From an uncultured bacterium (GTDB lineage: Bacteria > Patescibacteriota > Minisyncoccia > Phycocordibacterales > Phycocordibacteraceae): a stretch of 64,000 nucleotides of DNA. The DNA lies in assembly GCA_963851445.1 (NCBI GenBank), contig CAWKPH010000001.1, positions 233,363-297,362 of the forward strand. The letters are read 5' to 3'. Both the position numbers and the translations under genes were made by a program. How positions within the stretch are numbered: the stretch's first letter is position 1; every line of letters starts with the position of its first letter. Shown piece by piece: positions 8,956-18,546 of this stretch. The notes under the pieces were generated by a model. The model was given only the letters and a program-made list of their open reading frames with translations. It did not search any database and was not told where the DNA came from.

Positions 8956-10594
8956 AAAAAGTTTGTCCTGACACCGAAACGTTCGTTACGGTGTTCGTCG
9001 TATACCCCGTCTTTGCGATTTCTACGGAGTAATCACTTGCTGCGTTTAGATTTCCGAAATACGCATTACCGCAGGATGAGGTCGTTACCGTACTTGTATA
9101 CCCGGATCGTGAAAGAGTGACTGAAGCGCCTGGCACAACATTTCCTGAACCATCGGTAACAGTGACGAGTATCATGTTGGTTGACGGAGGCCCAAGAATA
9201 AGCGAATCGGTTGTCGAGGTTCCTGGCAAAAGCGCGTAGGGTGGCGCGCTACAAGCATCCATGACGTCGTGACTAGGAACAGCAAGCGAATATGAATCCC
9301 ATTCGAGAGAAAGGTTGCTTGTGCCGGTGCTGTCGGTTGTGTTTGAGGATACCGTTTTGTAAATTGGTGCACCAGAGCCTGTCGTCCCAATAGTCTTTGT
9401 GCCGGTAAGCGTGAACGCAACGTTTGGAAGTGGCGTAAGCGTCTCTTGATAGGTAATGCTCCACCCAGTGAGAGTCGGTGTACTACTGGTTGAATTGCTC
9501 TCGAGATCTGCCGAAAGCGCAAGCGACGGATAGGTTGTCGTCGAAACTCCGGAAAGGTCCACTGGAAACGACGTGAATCCCGCCGCGTTCCCGGGGAGTA
9601 CTGAATCGGGAATAGGGTTCCCATTCGCATCAACCACGTGCACGACGGCAGAATCGCCCGCCGGTACACTCATGGTCGAACTTGCAACGCCCCATGAGCC
9701 GAGATACTGCGGAGTCGTAGTTATGGAAACTGCACTTCCACTACCAGCACCACTTGCAAGTTGGAGCGAATCCCCTCCTGCCTGTGTGTTTGAAAGTGTG
9801 GCTAACTTTGAAGCGTCCGCGAAATTGTCACTAAATACTCCTGTCGTTGGCGGTGAGTATGTATGGACGGTAAGTGAGGCAAGGGCGTCGATTGCAAAGG
9901 TACTTGAGGTAGTTAAATTGTCGGTGACGGTAAGATATCCTGGCGTTGGATTTTGATTTGTATCGGTGCGCGCATAGGTCTGTGCGGTTGAGTAGCCTGA
10001 TTTAGTGACCGTAATCTCATACCCGGTCGAGGGTGTCGCTCCTGGAAGATCCACGATTCCCTCTGCATTCGTAAATGTCGTTAGATTCACCGTAGGTGTG
10101 GTACTGGCGTTAACTACTTCCACGCTTGCCCCAGGTACCGGACTACCCGTAGCGTTTACGACAATAATTTGAAGGGCTCCACCTACGGCACTTTCCAAAC
10201 CAATCGGCGCATAGTTTGATACGAGTGAATACTGCTTTTCACCTCCTACGCCTGAATACGATACGGTTACCTTTATAATTTTGTAATCCTGCGTATCGTC
10301 ATTATATTCAATGAGCGTACGCACGTCGTAGGGAGTGCCATTCTCAATAGTCGTTGAGTCCTGCGCAACGGGACCCGCCGGAATACCGCCGACTGTTCCA
10401 ACTGAGGTATAGGGAAGTGAACGGATGTATTCCATCTGGCTATCGGCGATCGAGAGTGCCGTTGATTCGTTTTTCACAAGTGTCGAGAGCACAATCGAAA
10501 CGCGAAGAATGCCAAAGAGTGCAAGAAAGATTATAACGACGAGCGCAGTTCCCACTACCACATCAATGAGCGTCATTCCGCGTGGCGAATGCAT
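8939..10594 (-). CDS. Pilin-like protein with carboxypeptidase-regulatory-like (beta-sandwich) domains
   Basis: RGMTLIDVVVG; two VPGASV...Y.I...K.GY repeats. Confidence 0.8.
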   Translation of the reverse strand: MHSPRGMTLIDVVVGTALVVIIFLALFGILRVSIVLSTLVKNESTALSIADSQMEYIRSLPYTSVGTVGGIPAGPVAQDSTTIENGTPYDVRTLIEYNDDTQDYKIIKVTVSYSGVGGEKQYSLVSNYAPIGLESAVGGALQIIVVNATGSPVPGASVEVVNASTTPTVNLTTFTNAEGIVDLPGATPSTGYEITVTKSGYSTAQTYARTDTNQNPTPGYLTVTDNLTTSSTFAIDALASLTVHTYSPPTTGVFSDNFADASKLATLSNTQAGGDSLQLASGAGSGSAVSITTTPQYLGSWGVASSTMSVPAGDSAVVHVVDANGNPIPDSVLPGNAAGFTSFPVDLSGVSTTTYPSLALSADLESNSTSSTPTLTGWSITYQETLTPLPNVAFTLTGTKTIGTTGSGAPIYKTVSSNTTDSTGTSNLSLEWDSYSLAVPSHDVMDACSAPPYALLPGTSTTDSLILGPPSTNMILVTVTDGSGNVVPGASVTLSRSGYTSTVTTSSCGNAYFGNLNAASDYSVEIAKTGYTTNTVTNVSVSGQTFYADAF

Positions 10595-10617
10595 GTCTCT
10601 AATGATACCGCAGCCTC

Positions 10618-11832
10618 TTAGGATATCGTGTACGCAAGCGAGTAGATCGGCGCGATCATTGCAATTGCAAAAATACCTACGAGCGTTCCGATAAAGAGCA
10701 TGAGGAGTGGCTCGATGACGGTTGAGAGATCCTTGGTTCTATCCTCGACATCTTCTTCATAATACTGGGCAACTTGTGTAAGCATCTCAGAGACCTTTCC
10801 TGTTTCCTCACCTACCGCAATCATTTCTCCGATAAGAACCGGATATAGTTTCGAGTGTTCAATGAATGATACGGATAGTGTTTCTCCTTTACGTACGCGG
10901 GTTTCAGCTTCACCAACAATCTTGCCGAAACGGTTGTCGCCCACAACTTCTTGGGTTATGGAAAGTGCCGTTAGCATCTCAACGCCTGATGAAAGAAGGG
11001 AGCCAAGAGTGCGTGCGGCGCGTGCGCTAAAAGTCTCTCGAACAAGTTCGCTTACAACCGGCAAATGAAGTGAAACGAAAAGAACGACTGCGCTTCCCTG
11101 TTTCGTTCTGATATATAAAGCGCCGCCAAGGAGCACTATGATAAGAGTCACAATGACCAGCACTGCGTTATGGACCATAAATGCTGAAATACCCAGTATG
11201 ATCTGGGTCAAAAGTGGCGGAGACACACTAAGTGATTTAAATGTGGCCGCCAAGGTCGGCACAACAAATAGAAGCATGAGTATACCAATCACGACGATGG
11301 CGATGAAAACGATCGCAGGGTATATCATCGCGCCTCGCACTTTTTTTGACAGGGTGTATGAATTTTCCATTTGCTGCGCAACGATTTTTAGTGTGCTTGA
11401 AAGGTTTCCTGATTCTTCACCAGCCTTCGTCATTGCAATGAATAGCTTTGCGAATACTGCGGCATGGTTTTCAAGTGCTTCATGGAACGAAACGCCTGAT
11501 TTTACTCTTGTTTCAAGGTCGGTAATGATCTTCCGCAAAAACCTATTTGAGGTTTGGCGCTCGAGTACTGAAAGCGCGCGTGGCAAGGAGAGTCCTGCAG
11601 CAAGCATTGCGGCAAGGTTTTTGGTAAACGTAATGCGCTCCTCGGTCTTTATTCCGGTCCCAATAGTCGTCTGCGTCCATGCAGGAAGCGTGAACCCCTC
11701 GCCTTCTTCAAGCGAAATTACATTTCCACCTTCTTTTTCTATCTGGCCATAGACTTCAAAGCGCGACGCGGCTTCTATGATCCGTTTCTCTTCGCTCCCG
11801 CCTGCCTTGCGTACTGCTACGCGAAATTTCAT
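10618..11832 (-). CDS. pilC: Type IV pilus platform protein PilC/GspF
   Basis: AGEESGNL, AMIYP, VGEETG, IEP motifs. Confidence 0.95.
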   Translation of the reverse strand: MKFRVAVRKAGGSEEKRIIEAASRFEVYGQIEKEGGNVISLEEGEGFTLPAWTQTTIGTGIKTEERITFTKNLAAMLAAGLSLPRALSVLERQTSNRFLRKIITDLETRVKSGVSFHEALENHAAVFAKLFIAMTKAGEESGNLSSTLKIVAQQMENSYTLSKKVRGAMIYPAIVFIAIVVIGILMLLFVVPTLAATFKSLSVSPPLLTQIILGISAFMVHNAVLVIVTLIIVLLGGALYIRTKQGSAVVLFVSLHLPVVSELVRETFSARAARTLGSLLSSGVEMLTALSITQEVVGDNRFGKIVGEAETRVRKGETLSVSFIEHSKLYPVLIGEMIAVGEETGKVSEMLTQVAQYYEEDVEDRTKDLSTVIEPLLMLFIGTLVGIFAIAMIAPIYSLAYTIS

Positions 11833-11884
11833 TACTAGTACTGTAGCATGCGCACGTATGTGCTTTTGTATTCAAATGCTTTGA

Positions 11885-13636
11885 TTACTCGCGCACTGCA
11901 CGAAATACTTCTTCAAGAGAGGTGATGCCGCGTGTTGTTTTATAAATACCGTCCTCAAACATAGTGAGCATGCCTTCTTTTTGTGCCTGCTCCTCGATCT
12001 TTTCAGGAATACCACCGTGAAGAATTAGCTCGCGTATTGCTGAGGAGACGGTGAGGACTTCATGTATGCCAATGCGGCCTTGGTAGTCTTCGTTTGGGTC
12101 AGTGCCAGTTTTGGGACGATAGAATGGGAGCGAATCGATGGTAGTTTCGGGTTTTATGAGTTTTTCTTCCGTAAGAGCTTTCATGACGGGCGCAAAATGA
12201 TCGTCATTTGCTACCTTGCTTCGCTCTACTGTATCGAGCGTATATTGCTCTTTGTTATCGGTAAGACGGCGTACGAGACGTTGGCCCACAATGAGGCGTA
12301 GTGTTGATACAAGAAGGAACGGTTCAACACCCATATCGATGAGACGTGGGATAGCGCCTGCAGCATTACTCGTATGGATAGTCGAAAGAACGAGGTGCCC
12401 GGTGAGCGCCGCATTTATAGCAAGCGAGGCAGTTTCTCCATCACGAATCTCTCCTACCATTATGATGTTCGGGTCCTGGCGAAGAAGTGAGCGCAACCCG
12501 TTTGCGAATGTAAGGCCTATCGGCGGATTTACCTGCGTCTGGTTCACGCGCTTCAACTGATATTCAATCGGGTCTTCGATGGTCGATATATTTACATCGG
12601 GCGTATTTAGGATATCAAGGATGGTATACAGGGTTGTTGTTTTTCCGGAGCCCGTTGGGCCTGAGATGAGAATGATGCCCGTCGTTTGTTTCATCGCATC
12701 ATGAATCTTCTCAAGCGCGGCACCGTGGAAACCAAGCACTTCAAGGGTGAATCCCTCTCCTGTCTCGCGTAGTAGACGCATGACAATCTTCTCACCAAAA
12801 TACGTTGGCATGAGTGACACGCGGAATGAAACCTTGCTGCCTTCCGTTTCCATTTTGAAGCGGCCGTCTTGCGGCAAGCGCTTCTCGTCGAGCTTAAGGT
12901 TCGAAAGCACTTTGATGCGTGCGATGATTCCCGCGCCTGCCTGCTTCGGGAGTGTCATGGCGTCGTGCAGGATACCGTCAATGCGATAGCGCACGAGTAC
13001 CTGTTCTTCCATCTCCTCAATATGGATATCGGACGCGCTTTGGATGATTGCGTGACGCAGGAGTGTGTCGACAATGCGTACGATTGGCAGATCCTCTGCC
13101 ATCTTCTTAAGGTCATCGCCTGACATTTCCTCGCCATTGGCATCTTTCACTAGAGTAAGTTTCTGTGCTTCTGTGGTGATCAGGTCGCCAAACTCTTCCT
13201 TAAGTGATTTTTGGTAGAGCAACAGGGCATGCTTGATAGAATCATCGTCCGTGAGGCGCGGTTGAATCTTGAGGCCGGTCTTCTTGCGGACGGAGTCGAT
13301 AGCTCCGAAGTCCTTTGTGTCGAGCATCGCAACTTCAAGAGAATCGGGATTCTTTTTAAAGGCAATGATGTTATGAGTACGAGCGATAGGCTCTGGAATG
13401 ATAGATAGAACATCAAATGGAATCTTGCTGTCTTTAAGATTCACGAATGGAATACCGAGTACGTAGGCCTGAATACGTCGGAGTGCGTCGGGGGATAGCT
13501 CACCCTCGGATACGAGCACATCACCAAGGGATTGGTTGCTGCTTTTTGCTTTCACATCAGCAGCATCAACATCCTTACGGGAAACGAGTCCCGAATCAAG
13601 GATGAAATTCTTGAGTTCACTTTCTGCTACTTCCAT
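11885..13636 (-). CDS. pilB: Type IV pilus assembly ATPase PilB/GspE
   Basis: ASDIHIE, PQDGR, GPTGSGKTT, LRQDP, TGHLVLSTIH. Confidence 0.95.
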   Translation of the reverse strand: MEVAESELKNFILDSGLVSRKDVDAADVKAKSSNQSLGDVLVSEGELSPDALRRIQAYVLGIPFVNLKDSKIPFDVLSIIPEPIARTHNIIAFKKNPDSLEVAMLDTKDFGAIDSVRKKTGLKIQPRLTDDDSIKHALLLYQKSLKEEFGDLITTEAQKLTLVKDANGEEMSGDDLKKMAEDLPIVRIVDTLLRHAIIQSASDIHIEEMEEQVLVRYRIDGILHDAMTLPKQAGAGIIARIKVLSNLKLDEKRLPQDGRFKMETEGSKVSFRVSLMPTYFGEKIVMRLLRETGEGFTLEVLGFHGAALEKIHDAMKQTTGIILISGPTGSGKTTTLYTILDILNTPDVNISTIEDPIEYQLKRVNQTQVNPPIGLTFANGLRSLLRQDPNIIMVGEIRDGETASLAINAALTGHLVLSTIHTSNAAGAIPRLIDMGVEPFLLVSTLRLIVGQRLVRRLTDNKEQYTLDTVERSKVANDDHFAPVMKALTEEKLIKPETTIDSLPFYRPKTGTDPNEDYQGRIGIHEVLTVSSAIRELILHGGIPEKIEEQAQKEGMLTMFEDGIYKTTRGITSLEEVFRAVRE

Positions 13637-13953
13637 ACCTGTATGGAAGTATAACGTGCTGTGACTGCAAATCTATATCAATTGTGAACTTTATGGAAAT
13701 AAAAAGCAGCCCTTAATAGAGAGCTGCAAGTATTGGTGCAAGGCGATAACTAGCCCGAATATGTCCCCATGTCCCCCACAAGAACAATGCTCGTACTGTT
13801 CAACCGCTCACAAAGGGAGGAACCATTCCTAATGAACGCCAGCCGAGAAGGATTACCGCCTCGCATGAAAACTATATCCCTTGTAGGAATATGCGTCTAG
13901 GAAGTAGCGGCCAGAGAGGTTGAACACAGGAAAGGTATCGCTTCTTCATTGCG

Positions 13954-14256
13954 ATGTGCTATATTAGCCTCTGGCCAATTGGGGAGGTTGCTGTGGTAAA
14001 TACTAATGGCGCTCACGGGTTTGTTGTTCCAGAAAACGCGCGCAGGTATGAGCAGGTCGAAGAGAAATCTAGGATACTCTACTGGTTTAAGCACATGATT
14101 GAAGGCGGCACGATTATCGAAATCGGAAAACCGGTAAGAATGGAGTATGAAACGAGGCCTTGTCTTGCTGTTCCCATCCTCGAAGACTCTGGGGTAACGG
14201 GGTTCCTGCTCACGCGGGAAATACCAGCGCTTCATGACATAACAATTAACCTGTAG
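13954..14256 (+). CDS. Hypothetical protein (start uncertain)
   Basis: Protein-like ORF followed by a plus-strand terminator. Confidence 0.5.
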   Translation: MCYISLWPIGEVAVVNTNGAHGFVVPENARRYEQVEEKSRILYWFKHMIEGGTIIEIGKPVRMEYETRPCLAVPILEDSGVTGFLLTREIPALHDITINL

Positions 14257-14273
14257 AGATCCTCTTGTTTGCC

Positions 14274-14310
14274 GTGACTGTCTAATTTTCAGACAGTCAC
14301 TTTTCTTTTG
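14274..14310 (+). terminator. Rho-independent terminator
   Basis: gtgactgtct...agacagtcac followed by a T-tract. Confidence 0.8.
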
Positions 14311-14414
14311 GTACACATTCAGACGAGATTCTGATCCCATATACGAGGAGGGATACAGATTTTACATGGTGAGCACTGTACAGCTTTGGGGAAAACCGAG
14401 CATGAAAGTAAGTC

Positions 14415-14954
14415 ATGGACAAGAATGAGTTACAGAGCTATAAACAGCATGGGTGTACAAACATTAGTGGGGTGATTCTCGTGTCAGGCGCATGGAAGAC
14501 TTCTGGTATCTTGCGTGAAACTGGTGAGTTCATCCTTGATGGGTTGAGCACCTACGAGATCGCAAGACGATTGAGTGATAAGCATAGTATTCTCCTCACG
14601 GGCAGCGCTGTGGCAGGAGCAGTGAGACGTGATTGGATCCGCGAAGAGTTCAAAACACTCTTCACGGAAACCCAGTACAGACTCATTTCTTCACGGTTCC
14701 CCGTAGAGCAAGAGGGCGAGGGCTTCGCAAAAAACAGTGCCGCTCATGAGGATGGGGTGCACTGGTCATTGCGGAATCCGAGCTATCCTTCTGGAGCTCA
14801 GTTTGATGTGCGCACGGGGCCTATATGTACCAACTGCCAAGAACGCCGAAAGACTGGCAGACATTACTGCGATGTCTGTAGGGGGTTACTCGGCGAGAGA
14901 CCAAGTTCGAAAAAGAAGGCAGATCCTCTCGTAGACGTGCATCAATACGCGTAA
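14415..14954 (+). CDS. GcrA-like protein (HTH plus Cys-rich C-terminus)
   Basis: DGLSTYEIARRL...TGSAVAGAVRR; HWSLRNP...CTNC...HYCDVC. Confidence 0.5.
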   Translation: MDKNELQSYKQHGCTNISGVILVSGAWKTSGILRETGEFILDGLSTYEIARRLSDKHSILLTGSAVAGAVRRDWIREEFKTLFTETQYRLISSRFPVEQEGEGFAKNSAAHEDGVHWSLRNPSYPSGAQFDVRTGPICTNCQERRKTGRHYCDVCRGLLGERPSSKKKADPLVDVHQYA

Positions 14955-15460
14955 CACCACCAAGAGCTCGGTAGTTGAATCTAAGTACAAGTTACAAGCC
15001 CCAGCATACGTCTGGGGTTCTTTATACCAAAAGAAACAAAATCATGATTTGTGATATGGTACTGGTATACTTGGAGACCGACATGCGGACGTTAGTCATT
15101 GACCCGTTGTCCAAGAAGACGAAGAGGAAGGAATGATGGTCTTCAGGTAAGGCGATCGAGGCGTTCTTTCCTCATCAACCGGAAGTGGCGACCCGTAAGC
15201 ATGTATGCACTGCGGAATAGTGCTCCAAAAGTGTTTCAAATACACGTATCGCCAACCGTTTTGTACTTGGCCCACCAACGAAGAATCGTTTCGGTGGGTT
15301 TCTTTTATCCTAGTAGCTCTAGCCCTTGCACAGCACGGAGGTGAATTGACGTGCTCTACCGCGCGTGGTATCTTATATTTATCTGAAATGTCCGCTCCCG
15401 CGGACTTTCTTTTAAAAGGGCACACAATTACATAATCGTGCGCACAACTAAATATTGAGT

Positions 15461-16957
15461 ATGTTGGACCTAAAAACAATACATTCCGTGCTGGGTGAGT
15501 TTGAAGACCGAGGCATCAGCCGTGAAGTAATGGTTGAAGCAATCGAGTCAGCCATGGCAACCGCGTATAAACGCGAATATGGTAAACGTGGTCAAGTCGT
15601 GCGCGCCATGCTCGACATGGATTCAGGCACCGTCTCCTTTGAACAAGTAAAGACCGTCGTGGACAACACGATGGTGCGTTTTCCTGAAGAGGGTGAGGAA
15701 ATTCCTGAAGAAGCACCTCGTCACGCCGACGAGGAAGCTGAAGAGGGTAAACTCCCTCCATTTGACACCGAAAAGCACATTCTTATAGAGGACGCTCGTC
15801 GTATTAAACGTGGCGCAGAGCTTGGCGAGGAATTCGTGTTCCCTCTTGAGCCACAGGACGATTTTGGCCGTATTGCCGCACAGACAGCTAAGCAAGTAAT
15901 CATTCAAAAAATCCGCGAAGCGGAGAAACTTTCTGTGCTTGAAGAATTTGGCACAAAAAAGAACGAGATTGTCTCGGGGCTCGTGCAGCGCATGGAGCGA
16001 GGTGCCGTATTTATTGATCTTGGGCGCGCTACCGGCATCATTCCGTACGAAGAGCAGATTCCGGGAGAACGATTTCGTCCAGGCGAGCGCATCCAAGCCT
16101 ACCTCTATGCGGTGGATGAGGGATTCCGTGGCGTGTATCTACGACTTTCACGTTCACACCCCCGATTCCTAGTAAAACTCTTTGAGATGGAGGCACCGGA
16201 ACTTGCCTCAGGCTCTCTTGAGGTGAAGGGTATCGCGCGCGAGCCAGGAAGTCGTACTAAAATTGCGATTGCCTCTCTTGATCCACACGTTGACCCTGTT
16301 GGTTCGCTTGTAGGACAGCGCGGTGTGCGTGTTTCTACCGTGACCGCAGCTCTTGGCGGTGAGCGTATTGATGTTATTGAATGGTCAGAGGATCAGAAAG
16401 CCTTTATAAAGGAATCACTCTCACCTGCGAGCATACTCGAAGTGGAACTGAACGAGGAGGCCCATCGTGCAACGGTTACAGTTACTGAGGACCAACAATC
16501 TCTTGCGATTGGACGAGGCGGACAAAATGTACGCCTCGCCGCAAAGCTAACGGGGTGGAACATCGATATCATATCGGTAGGCGGCCAGAATGTGGCTGAG
16601 TCTGATGGTGATGCCGTGTCAATTAAGGAAATGGAAGTTACAAATAAAAAATCTGCTATGAATGAGAGCACCGATCCTGAAGCATCTGATGAGACACTCG
16701 CAGAGTCCGCTGATGAGGGAGCGATTGAGCTTGCACAAGCTCAATCAAGCGACACTGACACTACCGAATCATCTGAAGGCGATGTATCAACTGACGTTGA
16801 AGGATTAACCGAGCAAGAATCGATTGTTACCGAAGATGATTCTGAAGATAATTCACTCACTGTTGAGGAAGAATCAACCTTTACTGATAATGGTTCTGTA
16901 TCCGATGCCCAGGAGTCACGTGATGAGAGCTCCCAGTCCATTGCTGATGCTTCCTAG
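15461..16957 (+). CDS. nusA: Transcription factor NusA with long acidic tail
   Basis: FGRIAAQTAKQVI, S1, AREPGSRTKIA, SLAIGRGGQNVRLAAKLTGW. Confidence 0.97.
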   Translation: MLDLKTIHSVLGEFEDRGISREVMVEAIESAMATAYKREYGKRGQVVRAMLDMDSGTVSFEQVKTVVDNTMVRFPEEGEEIPEEAPRHADEEAEEGKLPPFDTEKHILIEDARRIKRGAELGEEFVFPLEPQDDFGRIAAQTAKQVIIQKIREAEKLSVLEEFGTKKNEIVSGLVQRMERGAVFIDLGRATGIIPYEEQIPGERFRPGERIQAYLYAVDEGFRGVYLRLSRSHPRFLVKLFEMEAPELASGSLEVKGIAREPGSRTKIAIASLDPHVDPVGSLVGQRGVRVSTVTAALGGERIDVIEWSEDQKAFIKESLSPASILEVELNEEAHRATVTVTEDQQSLAIGRGGQNVRLAAKLTGWNIDIISVGGQNVAESDGDAVSIKEMEVTNKKSAMNESTDPEASDETLAESADEGAIELAQAQSSDTDTTESSEGDVSTDVEGLTEQESIVTEDDSEDNSLTVEEESTFTDNGSVSDAQESRDESSQSIADAS

Positions 16958-16989
16958 TTTCGATTAATTACACTCTAACTACCTCTGCT

Positions 16990-17517
16990 ATGAATCTTCT
17001 CCATGATATTGCTCCAGGTACCAAAGAAAAGATGAATGTTATCGTCGAGATTCCGCACGGATCGATGAATAAGTATGAAATCGATAAAGAGACTGGCTTA
17101 ATCGCTCTTGATCGCGTCCTTCACAGCGCACAGCAGTACCCTTTCGATTATGGCTTCGTACCACAAACGCTTTGGGATGATGGAGATGCGCTTGACGTGA
17201 TCCTCCTTACTACGCAGCCGCTTTTACCAGGCATCCTTGTACATGCGCGCCCGGTCGGTGTGCTTCCAATGGTTGATGGTGGTGAGAACGATGAAAAAAT
17301 TCTTGCTGTTCCTGCTGACGATCCGCGATTCGCTGACATCAAGGACCTTTCTGATGTAAATAAGCACACGCTCAAAGAAATCTCACATTTCTTCGCGACC
17401 TATAAGCAGCTTCAGAATAAAGAGGTTGTACTTAAGGACTGGGAGAATAGGACAGCAGCTGAAGCAGCATTCGAACGCTCAATCAAAATGTACCAGGATA
17501 AAAAAGCTCTTGCTTAG
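16990..17517 (+). CDS. ppa: Inorganic pyrophosphatase (family I)
   Basis: NKYEIDK, YPFDYGFVPQT, DGDALD, FFATYK. Confidence 0.96.
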   Translation: MNLLHDIAPGTKEKMNVIVEIPHGSMNKYEIDKETGLIALDRVLHSAQQYPFDYGFVPQTLWDDGDALDVILLTTQPLLPGILVHARPVGVLPMVDGGENDEKILAVPADDPRFADIKDLSDVNKHTLKEISHFFATYKQLQNKEVVLKDWENRTAAEAAFERSIKMYQDKKALA

Positions 17518-17547
17518 CAGGGACTGCGCTCGTTATACTACGTAGTA

Positions 17548-17805
17548 ATGGACGTACCTCCTGATCAAGAACAACCGCCTTCCATTCACCGCGAAGCCTC
17601 GTGGGGAGTACTTATCTCAATCGTGGTCATCCTTGCGATGATTATCGTCGGAGCCTTTTACGCATGGCGCAACCGCGTCTCAGAACAGCAGAATCTTGGG
17701 GCTTCTGCGGGAGCGGCTACGACTGGTATCGTGGTGACTAAATCAGCTCCCCATAGAACAGTTTTTGTCTCAACCATGGCAAGCTCGACAACCCCTATAA
17801 AATAA
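17548..17805 (+). CDS. Small single-pass membrane protein
   Basis: [24 protein letters not shown] helix. Confidence 0.7.
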   Translation: MDVPPDQEQPPSIHREASWGVLISIVVILAMIIVGAFYAWRNRVSEQQNLGASAGAATTGIVVTKSAPHRTVFVSTMASSTTPIK

Positions 17806-17822
17806 ATTACTCTCAATTCACT

Positions 17823-18443
17823 ATGGAAAAATCACCACAATTCCCCCGTGCATCAATGCTTGTGCCGATGGTGATTGAAAAATCCCAGTTTGGCGAACGC
17901 GCCTATGATATTTACTCACGACTTCTACGCGAGCGTATCGTTTTTCTTGGCGGCCCTATCGATGATGACGTCGCAAATCTCATCATCTCGCAACTTTTGT
18001 TTCTCGAATCTGAGGATCCTAAGAAGGATATTTATCTCTATGTGAATACGCCAGGGGGACATGTCCATTCGGGACTCGCTATTGTCGACACCATGAATCA
18101 TGTGAAGCCTGATGTTGCGACGGTAGTAGTTGGCATGGCAGCTTCGATGGGTTCAATAATTCTTGCCTCAGGCACCAAGGGCAAACGTTTCGCGCTTCCA
18201 AATGCCGACATCATGATCCACCAACCCCATGGCGGAGCCGAGGGGCAAGCTAGTGACATTGAAATCAGTGCTAAGCGCATCATCTCGCTGCGTGGCCGGT
18301 TGAATAAAATACTCGCCGATCGCTCTGGCCAACCGCTTGAAAAAGTTGAACGCGATGTCGACCGCGACTATTTCATGACTGCTGACGAGGCTAAAAAGTA
18401 CGGCATCATCGATCAGGTATATAAGACAGGTAAGGCGGCATAA
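17823..18443 (+). CDS. clpP: ATP-dependent Clp protease proteolytic subunit
   Basis: [25 protein letters not shown]. Confidence 0.97.
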   Translation: MEKSPQFPRASMLVPMVIEKSQFGERAYDIYSRLLRERIVFLGGPIDDDVANLIISQLLFLESEDPKKDIYLYVNTPGGHVHSGLAIVDTMNHVKPDVATVVVGMAASMGSIILASGTKGKRFALPNADIMIHQPHGGAEGQASDIEISAKRIISLRGRLNKILADRSGQPLEKVERDVDRDYFMTADEAKKYGIIDQVYKTGKAA

Positions 18444-18546
18444 AGCCATCTTGTATAGTGGCGCGTAAGGCGATTTTCGTCTTGTATTTACTTGCTTTTT
18501 CGAATTGTACTGACTTTCTTAAACGTGTTAAAATCATGGTTCCATT

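Noticed and set aside
11138-11752. Long antisense ORFs over pilC, and similar ones over nusA, pcrA and the recombinase
   Set aside because: Shadow frames of well-recognised genes.
13891-13953. In-frame TGA as evidence of genetic code 25 or selenocysteine
   Set aside because: Conserved genes are intact in code 11, several end in TGA (ATGA overlaps), and no SECIS is evident.
13897-14340. 147-aa minus-strand ORF
   Set aside because: Antisense to a more protein-like plus ORF that has its own terminator.
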